A stretch of DNA of 64,000 bases from an uncultured Candidatus Saccharibacteria bacterium (lineage in GTDB: Bacteria > Patescibacteriota > Saccharimonadia > Saccharimonadales > Saccharimonadaceae). Positions 9,426-19,041 of this stretch are shown here, in pieces; the stretch's first letter is position 1, and the number at the start of each line of letters is the position of its first letter. The notes below the pieces were generated by a model. The model did not search any database. It was not told the origin of the DNA and saw only the letters and a program-made list of their open reading frames with translations. A program made the position numbers and the translations under genes. The DNA is taken from NCBI GenBank assembly GCA_938017675.1, contig CALIJB010000005.1, positions 114,140 to 178,139 on the forward strand, in the 5' to 3' direction.

Positions 9426-9495
9426 ATGGCAGCATTTGGCGGTTTGCTGCTTTTCACGGCGATATTTTATCTTGTGGCATTTGACTATTAATGGC

Positions 9496-11340
9496 ATGGC
9501 CAACAGTTATTATGCGGTGGCTGCGCAAGCGGCAAGTACTAACTGGACGGCATGGCTATTCGGCAGCTTAGACGCGGCGAATTTCGTTAGCGTCGACAAG
9601 CCACCAATTAGCATGATGATTATGGGACTGTTTGGCCGGATATTCGGTTTTTCGTCGTGGAGCATGCTGTTGCCGCACGCGCTGGCAGGTATCGCTACGG
9701 TGGCGCTGGTTTACCTAACGGTTAAACGATGGTACGGTGCGCGTGCTGGTTTGATTGCTGGAATCGTAATGGCATTGACGCCAGCTGCTGCGCTAATGTT
9801 TCGTTTTAATAATCCGGATAGCTTTTTGACGCTCTTTTTGACAGCTAGCGCTTACGCATTCTTGCGATCATTTGAAGGCAAACGGCCAGTGCTATGGTTG
9901 AGTATAGCTGGACTATTTACCGGGCTTGCTTTTAATACTAAAATGTTACAAGGCTTGCTTTTGTTGCCGATAATGACAATCATTTACATTAGCTTTGCGC
10001 GTCCAAAATTCACTACTAGAATGTGGCATCTCGGCGTGGCTGGCATAGCGATAATTGTATCGACGTTTTGGTGGAGTATTTTGGTGTGGCTAACGCCAGC
10101 GGTAAATCGACCTTGGGTTGGCAGCACGAGCGACAATAGCATATGGAGTTTGATATTCGGTTATAACGGTTTTGGAAGGCTGTTGGGTGATGGTGGCGGT
10201 CCTGGAAGCCGGCCAGGCGGTATGATGCAAATGGGTGCGCAGGCTACTAGTCAAACCGCTTCGCCAGCAGCGCAAGCAATGACACCGCCGATTGGTATGA
10301 TGGGCGGCAGTTTTGGTGCGGGTGGTCCTGGCAACGGTCCTGGCGGTGTTGGTTTTGGCAGCGAGACTGGCGTGCTGCGTATATTTAATGAGAGCTTTGG
10401 GCCGAATATTGCTTGGCTGATACTAGTAGCACTGATTGGCGGTGGTCTAGTGATTTGGCTGTTGCGCCGGGCGCCGCGCCGCAACAAGGAGCGGGTTGGC
10501 GTGTTGTTATGGCTGGGTTGGCTGCTGATTCACATTGTGATATTTAGTATGACTAGCGGCACTATTCATCCGTATTATGTGGTAGCGATGGCGCCAGCAA
10601 TAGCAGCGCTGGTCGGTATCGGGGTGCCATACATATGGCAAGCTTACACGCGCCGCACCAAAGTAGCCTGGATACTGCCGCTGAGTATCGCGCTAACGAC
10701 AATTCTTAGCATTATTATGCTCGGCTATAGCAACTATTGGCCTTGGCTGATGTGGCTAGTGATGATTGCCGGTGGTGTAGCAACTATTCTGACGCTGCTG
10801 CCGTTATCGCAGACGAAACGGCTTAAACAAATTATTCTTGGCTTAGCAATTACTGCTGGTATGGCGGCACCGATTGTCTTTAGTGTTAGCACGGTAGCTA
10901 CAGCGCATAGCGGCAGTATTCCAACGGCTGGTCCAGGCGCTTCAGCTATGAGCAATACGAATAATGAGTTGGCGCGAGCTGAATCGACGCTCGTCTCGTT
11001 TTTGCTAGAAAACCGTCATGGCACGACATGGCTGGCGGTAGTTAACAGCGCTAACGAATCGGCGCCGATTCAATTATCAAGCGGCCAGCCAGTCATGGCC
11101 ATCGGCGGCTTCAATGGTAGTGACTCGACGTTGACGCTATCGCAACTCAAACAGCTTGTTAAACAGGGTAAAGTTCGCTATTACGTAGTAAACAGCAGAC
11201 AAGGGAAATCTGGCGGCCCCAGCGGTATGAGTGGACCAGGTGGTAACTCTGAAATCTTATTATGGGTGAAAAGCGTTGGTAGCAAAGTTGATTACGGCGG
11301 TACGCAATATACAGTTTATGATCTTGCGGTGGCTGCTTAA
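9496..11340 (+). CDS. Family-39 (ArnT/PMT-like, GT-C) glycosyltransferase, N-terminus apparently frameshifted
   Basis: NSYYAVAAQ, FVSVDKPP, LMFRFNNPD and FGYNGFGRL motifs match actinobacterial-type GT39. The first ATG in the main frame is at 9496. A hydrophobic first helix (MAAFGGLLLFTAIF) is encoded from the ATG at 9426 in another frame, which meets the main frame at the T4 run 9465..9468. Confidence 0.75.
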   Translation: MANSYYAVAAQAASTNWTAWLFGSLDAANFVSVDKPPISMMIMGLFGRIFGFSSWSMLLPHALAGIATVALVYLTVKRWYGARAGLIAGIVMALTPAAALMFRFNNPDSFLTLFLTASAYAFLRSFEGKRPVLWLSIAGLFTGLAFNTKMLQGLLLLPIMTIIYISFARPKFTTRMWHLGVAGIAIIVSTFWWSILVWLTPAVNRPWVGSTSDNSIWSLIFGYNGFGRLLGDGGGPGSRPGGMMQMGAQATSQTASPAAQAMTPPIGMMGGSFGAGGPGNGPGGVGFGSETGVLRIFNESFGPNIAWLILVALIGGGLVIWLLRRAPRRNKERVGVLLWLGWLLIHIVIFSMTSGTIHPYYVVAMAPAIAALVGIGVPYIWQAYTRRTKVAWILPLSIALTTILSIIMLGYSNYWPWLMWLVMIAGGVATILTLLPLSQTKRLKQIILGLAITAGMAAPIVFSVSTVATAHSGSIPTAGPGASAMSNTNNELARAESTLVSFLLENRHGTTWLAVVNSANESAPIQLSSGQPVMAIGGFNGSDSTLTLSQLKQLVKQGKVRYYVVNSRQGKSGGPSGMSGPGGNSEILLWVKSVGSKVDYGGTQYTVYDLAVAA

Positions 11341-11398
11341 GAATACTTTAAGCTCAACCGCGCATACTGTCATTACAAACCTAAACAAAGGAGTGAAT

Positions 11399-11656
11399 AT
11401 GACCAAAAATTTGAATTTGACAACTGATGAAGCGCTTGTTTTGCAGCAGATTAGCGAGAATGGCGAGGAATACCTGACAGGGCTAACCGAAAGCTTGCAA
11501 ATGAGCCGTCCGAAATTGATGACACAGCTGAGTCGCCTCAAAAACAAAGGTTTAATCAAAATTAAAACGACCGCTGGCGATTGGTGGATTTCGATGAGCC
11601 GCCGCGGCAAGCAGACGACTCACTACTTGTGGCCAGAAATATCCTTAAATTACTAA
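11399..11656 (+). CDS. Small winged-helix (MarR-like) DNA-binding protein
   Basis: The ATG follows an AAAGGAG RBS. The sequence LVLQQISENGEEYLTGLTESLQMSRPKLMTQLSRLKNKGLI looks like a wHTH. Confidence 0.55.
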   Translation: MTKNLNLTTDEALVLQQISENGEEYLTGLTESLQMSRPKLMTQLSRLKNKGLIKIKTTAGDWWISMSRRGKQTTHYLWPEISLNY

Positions 11657-11689
11657 ACTATTAAACAAAAGAAAGGTTATAATAAAATT

Positions 11690-12379
11690 ATGAAGATTTT
11701 GGTTGTTGACGACGAGAAACGAATTGCCAAGTCGATCAAGCAAGGACTCGAAATGGACGGCTACGCGGTTGATATTGAGCATGATGGCGAGGATGGCTAC
11801 AATGCAGCGCGGGCTGATGATTACGATCTCATCATTCTCGACGTGATGATGCCGATTATGAATGGTTTTGAAGTCGCCAAAAAGCTGCGTGCTGACGGTA
11901 ATAAAACGCCAATCTTGATGTTGACAGCCAAAGATCAGAATAAAGATATTGTGGAAGGCTTGGATAGCGGTGCCGACGACTATTTGCCGAAGCCGTTTAG
12001 CTTCGAGGTTCTCGGCGCTCGCGTTCGGGCGTTGCTGAGGCGGCCGCAGGATGTACTTGATAACATTTTGACAGTGCGTGATCTTGAACTTGATATCGCT
12101 AATCACACTGCTAAACGGGCTGGTAAAGATATCAAGCTATCTAACAAAGAATTTGCCATTCTTGAATATTTGCTGCGCAACAAGAATCAAATTCTCAGCA
12201 AGCAAAACATCATGACGCACGTCTGGGACTTTGATGCCGATATTTTGCCGAATAATGTTGAAGTTTTTATTAACTATTTGCGCAACAAAATTGATAAGCC
12301 TTTTCCAGGCGCCGATCCGATTATCCAAACGGTACGAGGGTTTGGATATATCGTTAAGGACGAGATTAGAAAAGCATGA
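11690..12379 (+). CDS. OmpR-family response regulator
   Basis: A receiver domain (MKILVVDDE, DLIILDVMMP, LTAKD) is joined to a winged-helix output domain (TVRGFGY). Confidence 0.95.
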   Translation: MKILVVDDEKRIAKSIKQGLEMDGYAVDIEHDGEDGYNAARADDYDLIILDVMMPIMNGFEVAKKLRADGNKTPILMLTAKDQNKDIVEGLDSGADDYLPKPFSFEVLGARVRALLRRPQDVLDNILTVRDLELDIANHTAKRAGKDIKLSNKEFAILEYLLRNKNQILSKQNIMTHVWDFDADILPNNVEVFINYLRNKIDKPFPGADPIIQTVRGFGYIVKDEIRKA

Positions 12380-13389
12380 AAAATGTTGGTCAACGTGCCG
12401 TTGTTCGCTTAGCGGGGACCTATTTGGCGATCATCATGTCTATGTCGGTCGCCTTTAGTTTGATAATTTATGGACTATCAAGCCAAGAATTTCATCGCCG
12501 GCCTCCAAATGATCAGCAAGCAACTTCTACGATTCGTTCCGCCGAGCCGGGTACGGTTATTTCAATTCACAGCTATCTTGATACGCGTGAAGATGAAGCG
12601 ATGGCGGCGATTCGCCTAAACTTGCTGCTGGCAAATTTGACGGTGTTTTTGATAGGTGGACTAATCAGCTATCTGCTAGCTCAGCATACGCTGCAACCAA
12701 TCGAGGATAACATGGCGGCACAATCGCGTTTTGTCAGCGATGCTAGCCACGAATTACGCACGCCGTTGACCGCACTACTGGCAGCTAATGAGGTGGCATC
12801 AATGAATCCGAAATTGACTCTCAAACAGGCTAAGCAAGTTATCGCCGACAATGTTGATGATGTTAAACGTTTACAAAAATTAACCAACTCAATGTTAGGG
12901 TTGCTCAAAGAAGACAAGCTGGAAATTCAGAAAGGCAAGGTCGGTTTGCAATCGGTGATTACTCGGGCGATGAACCTAGTAGTAAATCAGGCGCTGGCAA
13001 AAGATATTGCTATCGATGATAAAACTAAAAATTTTTCGCTGCTTGGCGATCGACAAAGTTTAGAACAGCTTTTCACGATTTTGCTAGACAATGCTATTAA
13101 ATATAGTAACAAAAGCGGTACCATTACTATTTCTAGCAGCAAAAAGGGTAAGCACGTCAGCGTTGCTGTAGCGGACGCTGGTATTGGCATGAGCGACGAA
13201 GTAAAGTCGCAGATTTTTACGCGATTTTATAGAGCCGAAGAGTCGCGTACTACTGCTGGATACGGCTTAGGTCTGTCAATCGCCGAGCGGATTATTAGAG
13301 CGCATGGCGGACGAATTAACGTCGATAGCGAACAGAATGTTGGTTCGACTTTTACAGTCATTCTTCCTGCATACAACAAGAAAAAATAG
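12376..13389 (+). CDS. Sensor histidine kinase (HisKA + HATPase_c)
   Basis: It has two TM helices, the H-box SHELRTPL, and N, G1 and G2 boxes (DNAIKYS, DAGIGM, GYGLGLS). It shares an ATGA overlap with the regulator gene. Confidence 0.95.
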   Translation: MKNVGQRAVVRLAGTYLAIIMSMSVAFSLIIYGLSSQEFHRRPPNDQQATSTIRSAEPGTVISIHSYLDTREDEAMAAIRLNLLLANLTVFLIGGLISYLLAQHTLQPIEDNMAAQSRFVSDASHELRTPLTALLAANEVASMNPKLTLKQAKQVIADNVDDVKRLQKLTNSMLGLLKEDKLEIQKGKVGLQSVITRAMNLVVNQALAKDIAIDDKTKNFSLLGDRQSLEQLFTILLDNAIKYSNKSGTITISSSKKGKHVSVAVADAGIGMSDEVKSQIFTRFYRAEESRTTAGYGLGLSIAERIIRAHGGRINVDSEQNVGSTFTVILPAYNKKK

Positions 13390-13459
13390 TTTTTAAGGCG
13401 TCTTTAATAGCTCCTAGTTATATTTTAATCAGTATTAATTAACAAAAGGAGATGAATAA

Positions 13460-13792
13460 ATGCCAACTAAAATTGAAGATGGTTTTGAAATGCCTTCTGG
13501 CGGTACGCCGTCAATACGGCCAGTAGCGCAATGCTCGTCTATGACGCCAACTATGATTTTGGCCGTCATAGCAATTGTGTTGTTCGCTGGCGGATTAGGT
13601 TTTGTTGGTGGTATGCAAGTCAATAAATCATCGCAAAGCAATGCAATGAATGGTGCGCCTGGAGGCAATTCACTAGTGCCGCAGCAGGCTGGTTCTAGCA
13701 CAAATAACGCTACCGCACCTCAGGAGTCGCCTAGCTCATCAAACAAGAATCAACAAGCAGGTCCACCAAATACCAATATGAATAACAGCTAG
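13460..13792 (+). CDS. Membrane-anchored low-complexity (S/N/Q/P-rich) protein
   Basis: An AAGGAG RBS precedes it. It has a single TM helix (MILAVIAIVLFAGGLGFVGG) and a polar tail. No family was recognised. Confidence 0.45.
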   Translation: MPTKIEDGFEMPSGGTPSIRPVAQCSSMTPTMILAVIAIVLFAGGLGFVGGMQVNKSSQSNAMNGAPGGNSLVPQQAGSSTNNATAPQESPSSSNKNQQAGPPNTNMNNS

Positions 13793-14538
13793 TAGCTGAT
13801 TCCAGCAGATTTCATTGCTGGCTGGATGACGAACTTTTCAAAATTATCAGCATTAGCCCAGACATAACTAGCATTAGTATCGGTGTTTGTGCCGCTAACT
13901 AGCTTATCGTTAAGGACTTTTTGGCTGCCGACATCTTTGCCGTTAATGTACATAGCCGGTGTGCCGCCAACGCTGTCCTTTTTGCCGAGCGCCATGTCGT
14001 AATCAATTTTTTTACGGATATTTGGATTTTCGAGATCAGCCTTGAATTTTTCTACATTCAAGCCCTTGATGTCGGAGGCTAACTTCACAAAGTTTTCGGT
14101 ACGAGTTGACCCAGATAGCTCTACCCAGCTAGCTCGATTTTCGAAAAGCGAGTTGTGCATTTCCCAGTACTTACCTTGTAGTCCAGCTGATTCGGCAGCA
14201 GCCGCCGCGGCCAGCGCGTTCGGGTGAGCGCTAGTTAGCGGATAATTGCGGAAGATAAACCCGATCTTGTCTTTGTACTTTTCAATGACTTTTTTGGTGA
14301 CTGGGTAAGATGAATTGCAGCCTGGACATTGAAAATCGGCATATTCAACTAGTAGTACTTTGCTGTTAGCGTTACCATAAACATGTTCGCTAATATCGCC
14401 GCTTTCGCTTGATGCTGGCTGCGCCTTCGTAGTATCGACACTTGAAACATCAATTTGATTGCGCTGCTGTAAAAAAATCAAGCCGCCAATCAATCCTACG
14501 CACATCGCCGCAAAAATAATCCATGCCTTTTTGGTCAT
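13789..14538 (-). CDS. DsbA-family thiol:disulfide oxidoreductase, membrane-anchored
   Basis: An N-terminal TM helix is followed by the thioredoxin-fold active site FQCPGC. Confidence 0.85.
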   Translation of the reverse strand: MTKKAWIIFAAMCVGLIGGLIFLQQRNQIDVSSVDTTKAQPASSESGDISEHVYGNANSKVLLVEYADFQCPGCNSSYPVTKKVIEKYKDKIGFIFRNYPLTSAHPNALAAAAAAESAGLQGKYWEMHNSLFENRASWVELSGSTRTENFVKLASDIKGLNVEKFKADLENPNIRKKIDYDMALGKKDSVGGTPAMYINGKDVGSQKVLNDKLVSGTNTDTNASYVWANADNFEKFVIQPAMKSAGISY

Positions 14539-14617
14539 ATTTCCTCCGCTTATTACTAGAGGCTATTATACTGCTTATGAGCTCGCCAATCAAGCGGGCT
14601 TGCGGTACAATATATGT

Positions 14618-15637
14618 ATGCGGTTATTCTTAGCGATTTTGTTTGTGATGATTACTTTAGCGTTGATAGCGGTGACGTCAATTTCGCCGCGCCGAACAAA
14701 GCTATCAATGTACGAGTTAGAACGCCGCCGGTGTAAGGGTGATACTGCAGCGGCTGACGAATTACGGCGAATACTACTGCTTGATGATATTGTATCGCTG
14801 CGTAAGGCAACCGAAGCTCTACTACTGGTTCTGGCGGTATTATCGGCAGTATCGGCGTTTGGTTTTTTTATCGGTGTGGCCATTAGCGTGATGACGTCTT
14901 TAGTATATAGTAGAATTGCTCATTTTGACTGGTTGGTGCAGATGGTTGATGGATATTACCGGCGGATAGAGCCGAGATTGCTGACTTTCGTCGAGCGGCA
15001 TCCGCGCTTGGGGCAAGTTTTGCGCAGTGTTAACGTGCAGAATGAGCCGAATATTCTTAGCTCGCGGGAAGAACTTGAGCATTTGATACGCGAATCATCG
15101 GGAATATTGTCGCTTGAAGAGAAAAAATTAATCAATAATGCCCTGCATTTTCATGAAAAAACCGTCGAAGAGGTAATGACGCCGCGCGGCGTAATGAATA
15201 CAGTAGCTAAGGAAGATGTGATTGGGCCGTTGCTGCTTGATGAACTGCATAAGACTGGTCATAGCCGCTTCCCGGTGACTGACGGTGATATTGACCATAT
15301 TGTTGGTATTCTGCATATTCGTAGCTTACTGACGCTTGATAACGGTAAGAAAACTAGCCGCGTTGAAACGGCGATGGACAAGAAGATTTACTTTATCAAC
15401 CAAAACCAGAAGCTGGAGCGCGCCTTGTCGGCCTTTATCAAGACGCGGCATCACATGTTTATTGTTGTTAACGATTATCGCGAGACAGCGGGTATCTTAA
15501 CGCTCGAGGATACATTAGAGGCGTTGCTTGGCCGTAAAATCCTCGATGAATTTGATGTAGTTGACGATTTGCGCGTGCTGGCGGCGCGTAATCCGAACAA
15601 AAATAATAAGAGTCCATCGGCTACTGACGTTAAATAA
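14618..15637 (+). CDS. CNNM/DUF21 transmembrane domain plus CBS-pair protein (hemolysin/CorC-like, no CorC C-terminal domain)
   Basis: TM helices are followed by a CBS pair (VEEVMTPRGVM, GILHIRSLL, GILTLEDTLEALLG). The start is moved to the ATG at 14618, 6 nt after TACAAT. The track start at 14459 would overlap dsbA. Confidence 0.8.
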   Translation: MRLFLAILFVMITLALIAVTSISPRRTKLSMYELERRRCKGDTAAADELRRILLLDDIVSLRKATEALLLVLAVLSAVSAFGFFIGVAISVMTSLVYSRIAHFDWLVQMVDGYYRRIEPRLLTFVERHPRLGQVLRSVNVQNEPNILSSREELEHLIRESSGILSLEEKKLINNALHFHEKTVEEVMTPRGVMNTVAKEDVIGPLLLDELHKTGHSRFPVTDGDIDHIVGILHIRSLLTLDNGKKTSRVETAMDKKIYFINQNQKLERALSAFIKTRHHMFIVVNDYRETAGILTLEDTLEALLGRKILDEFDVVDDLRVLAARNPNKNNKSPSATDVK

Positions 15638-15647
15638 GTCAGTAATT

Positions 15648-15674
15648 TTAGCACTCTTGCACTTCGAGTGCTAA
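15648..15674. promoter_or_regulatory. CIRCE element (HrcA operator), TTAGCACTC-N9-GAGTGCTAA
   Basis: This is a perfect match to the canonical CIRCE inverted repeat. It lies immediately upstream of a TATACT -10 box (15680..15685) and dnaJ. Confidence 0.9.
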
Positions 15675-15693
15675 CGCGCTATACTATAGCAAT

Positions 15694-16809
15694 ATGGCAA
15701 AGCGTGACTATTATGAAGTACTAGGTATCAGCAAAAACGCCTCTGAAGACGAAGTCAAGAAAGCTTTTCGTAAGCTGGCTGTCAAGTATCACCCCGACAA
15801 GGAAGGTGGCAGCGAAGAGAAATTCAAAGAGATTAACGAAGCTTACGAAGTTCTCAAAGACAAGCAAAAACGCCAACGTTACGACCAGTTCGGTCATGCT
15901 GGCGTAGGCGGTTCTGGCGGCGGTGCTGGTTACAGCGGTAATCCTTTTGAAGGTTTTGGCGGTTTCGGCCAAGGCCAGAATATCAATTTCGATTTTGGCG
16001 AAGGCTTGGGCGATATTTTCAGTCAGTTTTTTGGCGGGCCGTCCGGGCAATCGCGCCGCAATAGCCGGCCGCGTGGGCGCGACGTTGAAACGCGTGTTAC
16101 TTTGACTTTCGAAGAAGCGGTGTTTGGTAAAGATGTCGAGATTGCGTTAATGATTAATGACGAGTGTGAGCATTGTCACGGTACGACCGTCGAGCCGGGT
16201 TTCGAGATGAAAACTTGTCCAGATTGCCAAGGCGCTGGCCAACGTGTCCGCACAATGAACACTATGTTTGGACCGATTCAACAAGCGGTAGTTTGCGAAA
16301 CTTGCAAAGGCCGCGGTAAAATACCCGAGAAAGAATGCACAGTTTGTCATGGCTCTGGCGTGCAACGCCGCGAGCAGAAAATCACTGTCAAAATTCCAGC
16401 AGGTATTGATGACGGTTCGACGATTCGTTTGCGCGAGCGCGGTGAAGCGATTGCCGACGGCGACCGTGGTGATTTATACATCAATATTCGCGTTAAAGCG
16501 CATAAGAAATTTACCCGCGAGGGCGATTTGATTCTTAGCCAAGAACATATTGGTATGGTTGATGCGGCACTCGGTACTGAAATTGACGTTGAGACAGTCG
16601 ACGGCATAATTACCATGAAGGTACCGGCCGGTACGCAGTCGGGTACTGATTTTAAATTGTCTGGCCATGGTGTCCCGTACCCACGCAGCGAACGGCGCGG
16701 CGCCCATATCGTTAGCATTATTGTCGATACACCGACTAAGCTATCTAAGAAGCAGCGTGAACTGTTGGAGCAATTCGAAGCCTCTAAAAAACGCGGTATT
16801 TTCTCGTGA
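15694..16809 (+). CDS. dnaJ: Molecular chaperone DnaJ
   Basis: It has a J domain with HPD (KYHPDK), a G/F-rich linker, four CxxCxGxG zinc-finger repeats and a C-terminal domain. Confidence 0.97.
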   Translation: MAKRDYYEVLGISKNASEDEVKKAFRKLAVKYHPDKEGGSEEKFKEINEAYEVLKDKQKRQRYDQFGHAGVGGSGGGAGYSGNPFEGFGGFGQGQNINFDFGEGLGDIFSQFFGGPSGQSRRNSRPRGRDVETRVTLTFEEAVFGKDVEIALMINDECEHCHGTTVEPGFEMKTCPDCQGAGQRVRTMNTMFGPIQQAVVCETCKGRGKIPEKECTVCHGSGVQRREQKITVKIPAGIDDGSTIRLRERGEAIADGDRGDLYINIRVKAHKKFTREGDLILSQEHIGMVDAALGTEIDVETVDGIITMKVPAGTQSGTDFKLSGHGVPYPRSERRGAHIVSIIVDTPTKLSKKQRELLEQFEASKKRGIFS

Positions 16810-16862
16810 GACACAGGCTTTTAACTTGTCATCGTACATAGACGACATGATAAAATAAAAGC

Positions 16863-17351
16863 ATGACTTTTACTATCGTTCTAGCAATAGTCTTTGGCGT
16901 GCTGTTTTTGTTGGCATATATGACGCGCCGGCGATTCGGCGTATTGACGCTAGCGCTAGCAGCTGGTTCAATCTTGGCTGATTTGTGGAGTAGCGAGGCA
17001 ACGCCATACGTTGCTAATCTCGGCATTGTCATCATCCGTCCGCCGTTAGTAGATGTAGTAGCGGTGATATTAACTCTAGCACCTTCACTGATATTATTAT
17101 TCAGCGGGCCGGCGGCTAGTAACAAATTTCAGCGAATTGGCGGGTCAGTGATATTTGCAGTGTTAGCTGTGGTATTAATGTTTGAGCCGCTAGAAAATGC
17201 GCTAGTGGTTGATGAGTTCGGCAAGCAAATCGTCAGCCGTATTAATGCGTCTTATGCCATTATCGTGACTGTGTGCCTGGTGCTGTCGATAATTGATGTG
17301 TTGCAAACTCATGTGCGGCGCAACGAATCAAAAAAGAAGAGTAAAGAATAA
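16863..17351 (+). CDS. Multi-pass membrane protein, unknown function
   Basis: It has four to five hydrophobic helices and a lysine-rich tail. Confidence 0.5.
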   Translation: MTFTIVLAIVFGVLFLLAYMTRRRFGVLTLALAAGSILADLWSSEATPYVANLGIVIIRPPLVDVVAVILTLAPSLILLFSGPAASNKFQRIGGSVIFAVLAVVLMFEPLENALVVDEFGKQIVSRINASYAIIVTVCLVLSIIDVLQTHVRRNESKKKSKE

Positions 17352-17366
17352 AGACAGTTAAAAAAT

Positions 17367-17402
17367 AAAAGACCTTCACGCTGAGGAGGTCTTCTTGTTT
17401 TT
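17367..17402. terminator. Hairpin with flanking A/T runs between convergent genes (bidirectional terminator candidate)
   Basis: The sequence AAAAGACCT..AGGTCTTCTTGTTTTT sits between the 16863 CDS and the minus-strand tRNA-Lys. Confidence 0.5.
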
Positions 17403-17406
17403 GAAA

Positions 17407-17483
17407 TGGAGGGCCCAGTGAGGCTTGAACTCACGACACCCTGCTTAAAAGGCAGGTGCTCTAACCAACTGAGCTATGGGCCC
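17407..17483 (-). tRNA. tRNA-Lys (UUU), CCA encoded
   Basis: The reverse complement GGGCCCATAGCTCAGTTGGTTAGAGCACCTGCCTTTTAAGCAGGGTGTCGTGAGTTCAAGCCTCACTGGGCCCTCCA folds as a cloverleaf with anticodon loop CUUUUAA. Confidence 0.9.
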
Positions 17484-17542
17484 GAGTGAATCTTACTATA
17501 CAGTTTGCGGTGAGTCGTGTCAAGCTATGCTACTATCGAAAT

Positions 17543-18982
17543 ATGAGATGGTTGGGCGAGCGGCTTCATCCAATGTGGCATATTGCCGCTTTATGCTACG
17601 GGCTAGTTAGCGGCGTGGTATTGGCGCAATGGTGGAACGGGGCTAGCTGGTGGTTAATTATTGCGTCCATCCCGCTGATTAGTTTAGCTTTTTGGCAGCG
17701 GCGGCTGATTTTGTTAATTTTAACGCTAGGCGCGGGGCTGTTGATCGGACTGGCTCGCGGCTCTAGCAATCAAGCGCAGTTACAGTTATATAAACCGTTG
17801 TATGGTCAGTCGGTGCGATTAACTGGAATAGTGCGGGATGACGCAGATAACGTAGCTGGTAGTACTAGACTGCAAATAACTTATATCAAAATGGACGAGA
17901 CATCTTTACCTGGTCAAATTTGGTTGTCGCTGCGCGGTAATCCAGCAATTAAACGTGGTGATGGACTTGCTTTGCGCGGTGTATTGAAGCCGGGTTTTGG
18001 CAATTTCGCGGCAGTATTAGCAAGGGCGAAGCTTGACAGTGTCAAGCGAACAGCTGGTGGCGATCCAGCACTAGAGCTGCGCGATACTTTTGCTGATGGC
18101 GTACATAAAGCGGTTGATGATCCAGGAGCTAGCCTAGGGATTGGCTTTTTATTAGGCAAGAAAAGTATGCTGCCAGATGATCTACTAGAGGCTTTGAAGA
18201 TTGCTGGTCTGACGCATATCATTGTAGCGAGCGGCTACAATTTAACAATTCTGGTACGTTTGGCGCGGCGGCTATTCGCAAAAATATCAAAATATTTAGC
18301 GACACTAGTTAGCTGTAGTTTGGTGCTGGGTTTTATCGCTATGACTGGCGCTAGCCCGAGCATGGTGCGCGCCGGGCTTGTTGCCGGATTAAGTTTATTA
18401 GCATGGTATGTTGGTCGAAAATTTCATCCAGTTGTTTTACTGGGGCTAGTATCGGCAATAACGGTATTGTGTAATCCGAGTTATGCTTGGGGAGACATGG
18501 GTTGGATGCTAAGTTTTGCAGCGTTTGCTGGCGTAATTATTGTGGCGCCAGTGTTGACGGCTTATTTCTTCTCGACTGATAAAGTCTCAGCTATCATTCA
18601 AATTTTGTTAGAAACGTTAGCGGCACAGCTGGTAACTGCACCGATTATTATGGCAGCCTTTGGGCAGTTGAGCGTGGTTTCGTTGTTGGCGAATATCCTG
18701 GTTGGTCCGTTTATACCGTTGGCGATGCTGCTAACATCAATAGGTGGCGTTAGCGGATTGATTGTTCCAGCGATAGCGCACATCATTGGCTGGCCAGCGC
18801 AGATGATGCTTGATGCGATGATTGCAGTAGTGAATTGGTGCGCCGAGCAATCTTGGGCTGCAGTTGAACTGCAAGTACCGTGGTGGATAGCGGCGCTATG
18901 GTACGGTTTGATAATTGCGGCAGTGTGGTTCATGAAATGGCGTAGCGGCTATCGACTGCGCGACGCTTCAATAGTGACATAA
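17543..18982 (+). CDS. comEC: ComEC/Rec2-family DNA internalisation channel (no beta-lactamase-like domain)
   Basis: It is a multi-TM protein with the competence-domain motif LTHIIVASGYNLTILV. The start is moved to the ATG at 17543, 6 nt after TACTAT. The track start abuts the tRNA. Confidence 0.8.
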   Translation: MRWLGERLHPMWHIAALCYGLVSGVVLAQWWNGASWWLIIASIPLISLAFWQRRLILLILTLGAGLLIGLARGSSNQAQLQLYKPLYGQSVRLTGIVRDDADNVAGSTRLQITYIKMDETSLPGQIWLSLRGNPAIKRGDGLALRGVLKPGFGNFAAVLARAKLDSVKRTAGGDPALELRDTFADGVHKAVDDPGASLGIGFLLGKKSMLPDDLLEALKIAGLTHIIVASGYNLTILVRLARRLFAKISKYLATLVSCSLVLGFIAMTGASPSMVRAGLVAGLSLLAWYVGRKFHPVVLLGLVSAITVLCNPSYAWGDMGWMLSFAAFAGVIIVAPVLTAYFFSTDKVSAIIQILLETLAAQLVTAPIIMAAFGQLSVVSLLANILVGPFIPLAMLLTSIGGVSGLIVPAIAHIIGWPAQMMLDAMIAVVNWCAEQSWAAVELQVPWWIAALWYGLIIAAVWFMKWRSGYRLRDASIVT

Positions 18983-19041
18983 CAGGGCTCATTTGCTATT
19001 ATATAAGCAAGCATTTATCAATAAACTAACGAGGAGTAGTC

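Noticed and set aside
9322-9495. TTG-initiated N-terminal extension of the GT39 ORF
   Set aside because: The extension translates non-homologous, non-hydrophobic sequence across the GT2 remnant. The family-like sequence begins only near 9466, so I treat it as a frameshift artefact and not a real N-terminus.
14459-14617. Upstream extensions of the ORF-track gene models (14459, 17486, 7084, 19821, 21674, 39329, 11276, 4393)
   Set aside because: Each extension overlaps a neighbouring gene or tRNA or uses a non-ATG codon. An internal ATG with an RBS or a -10 box gives a protein that starts at the conserved N-terminus.
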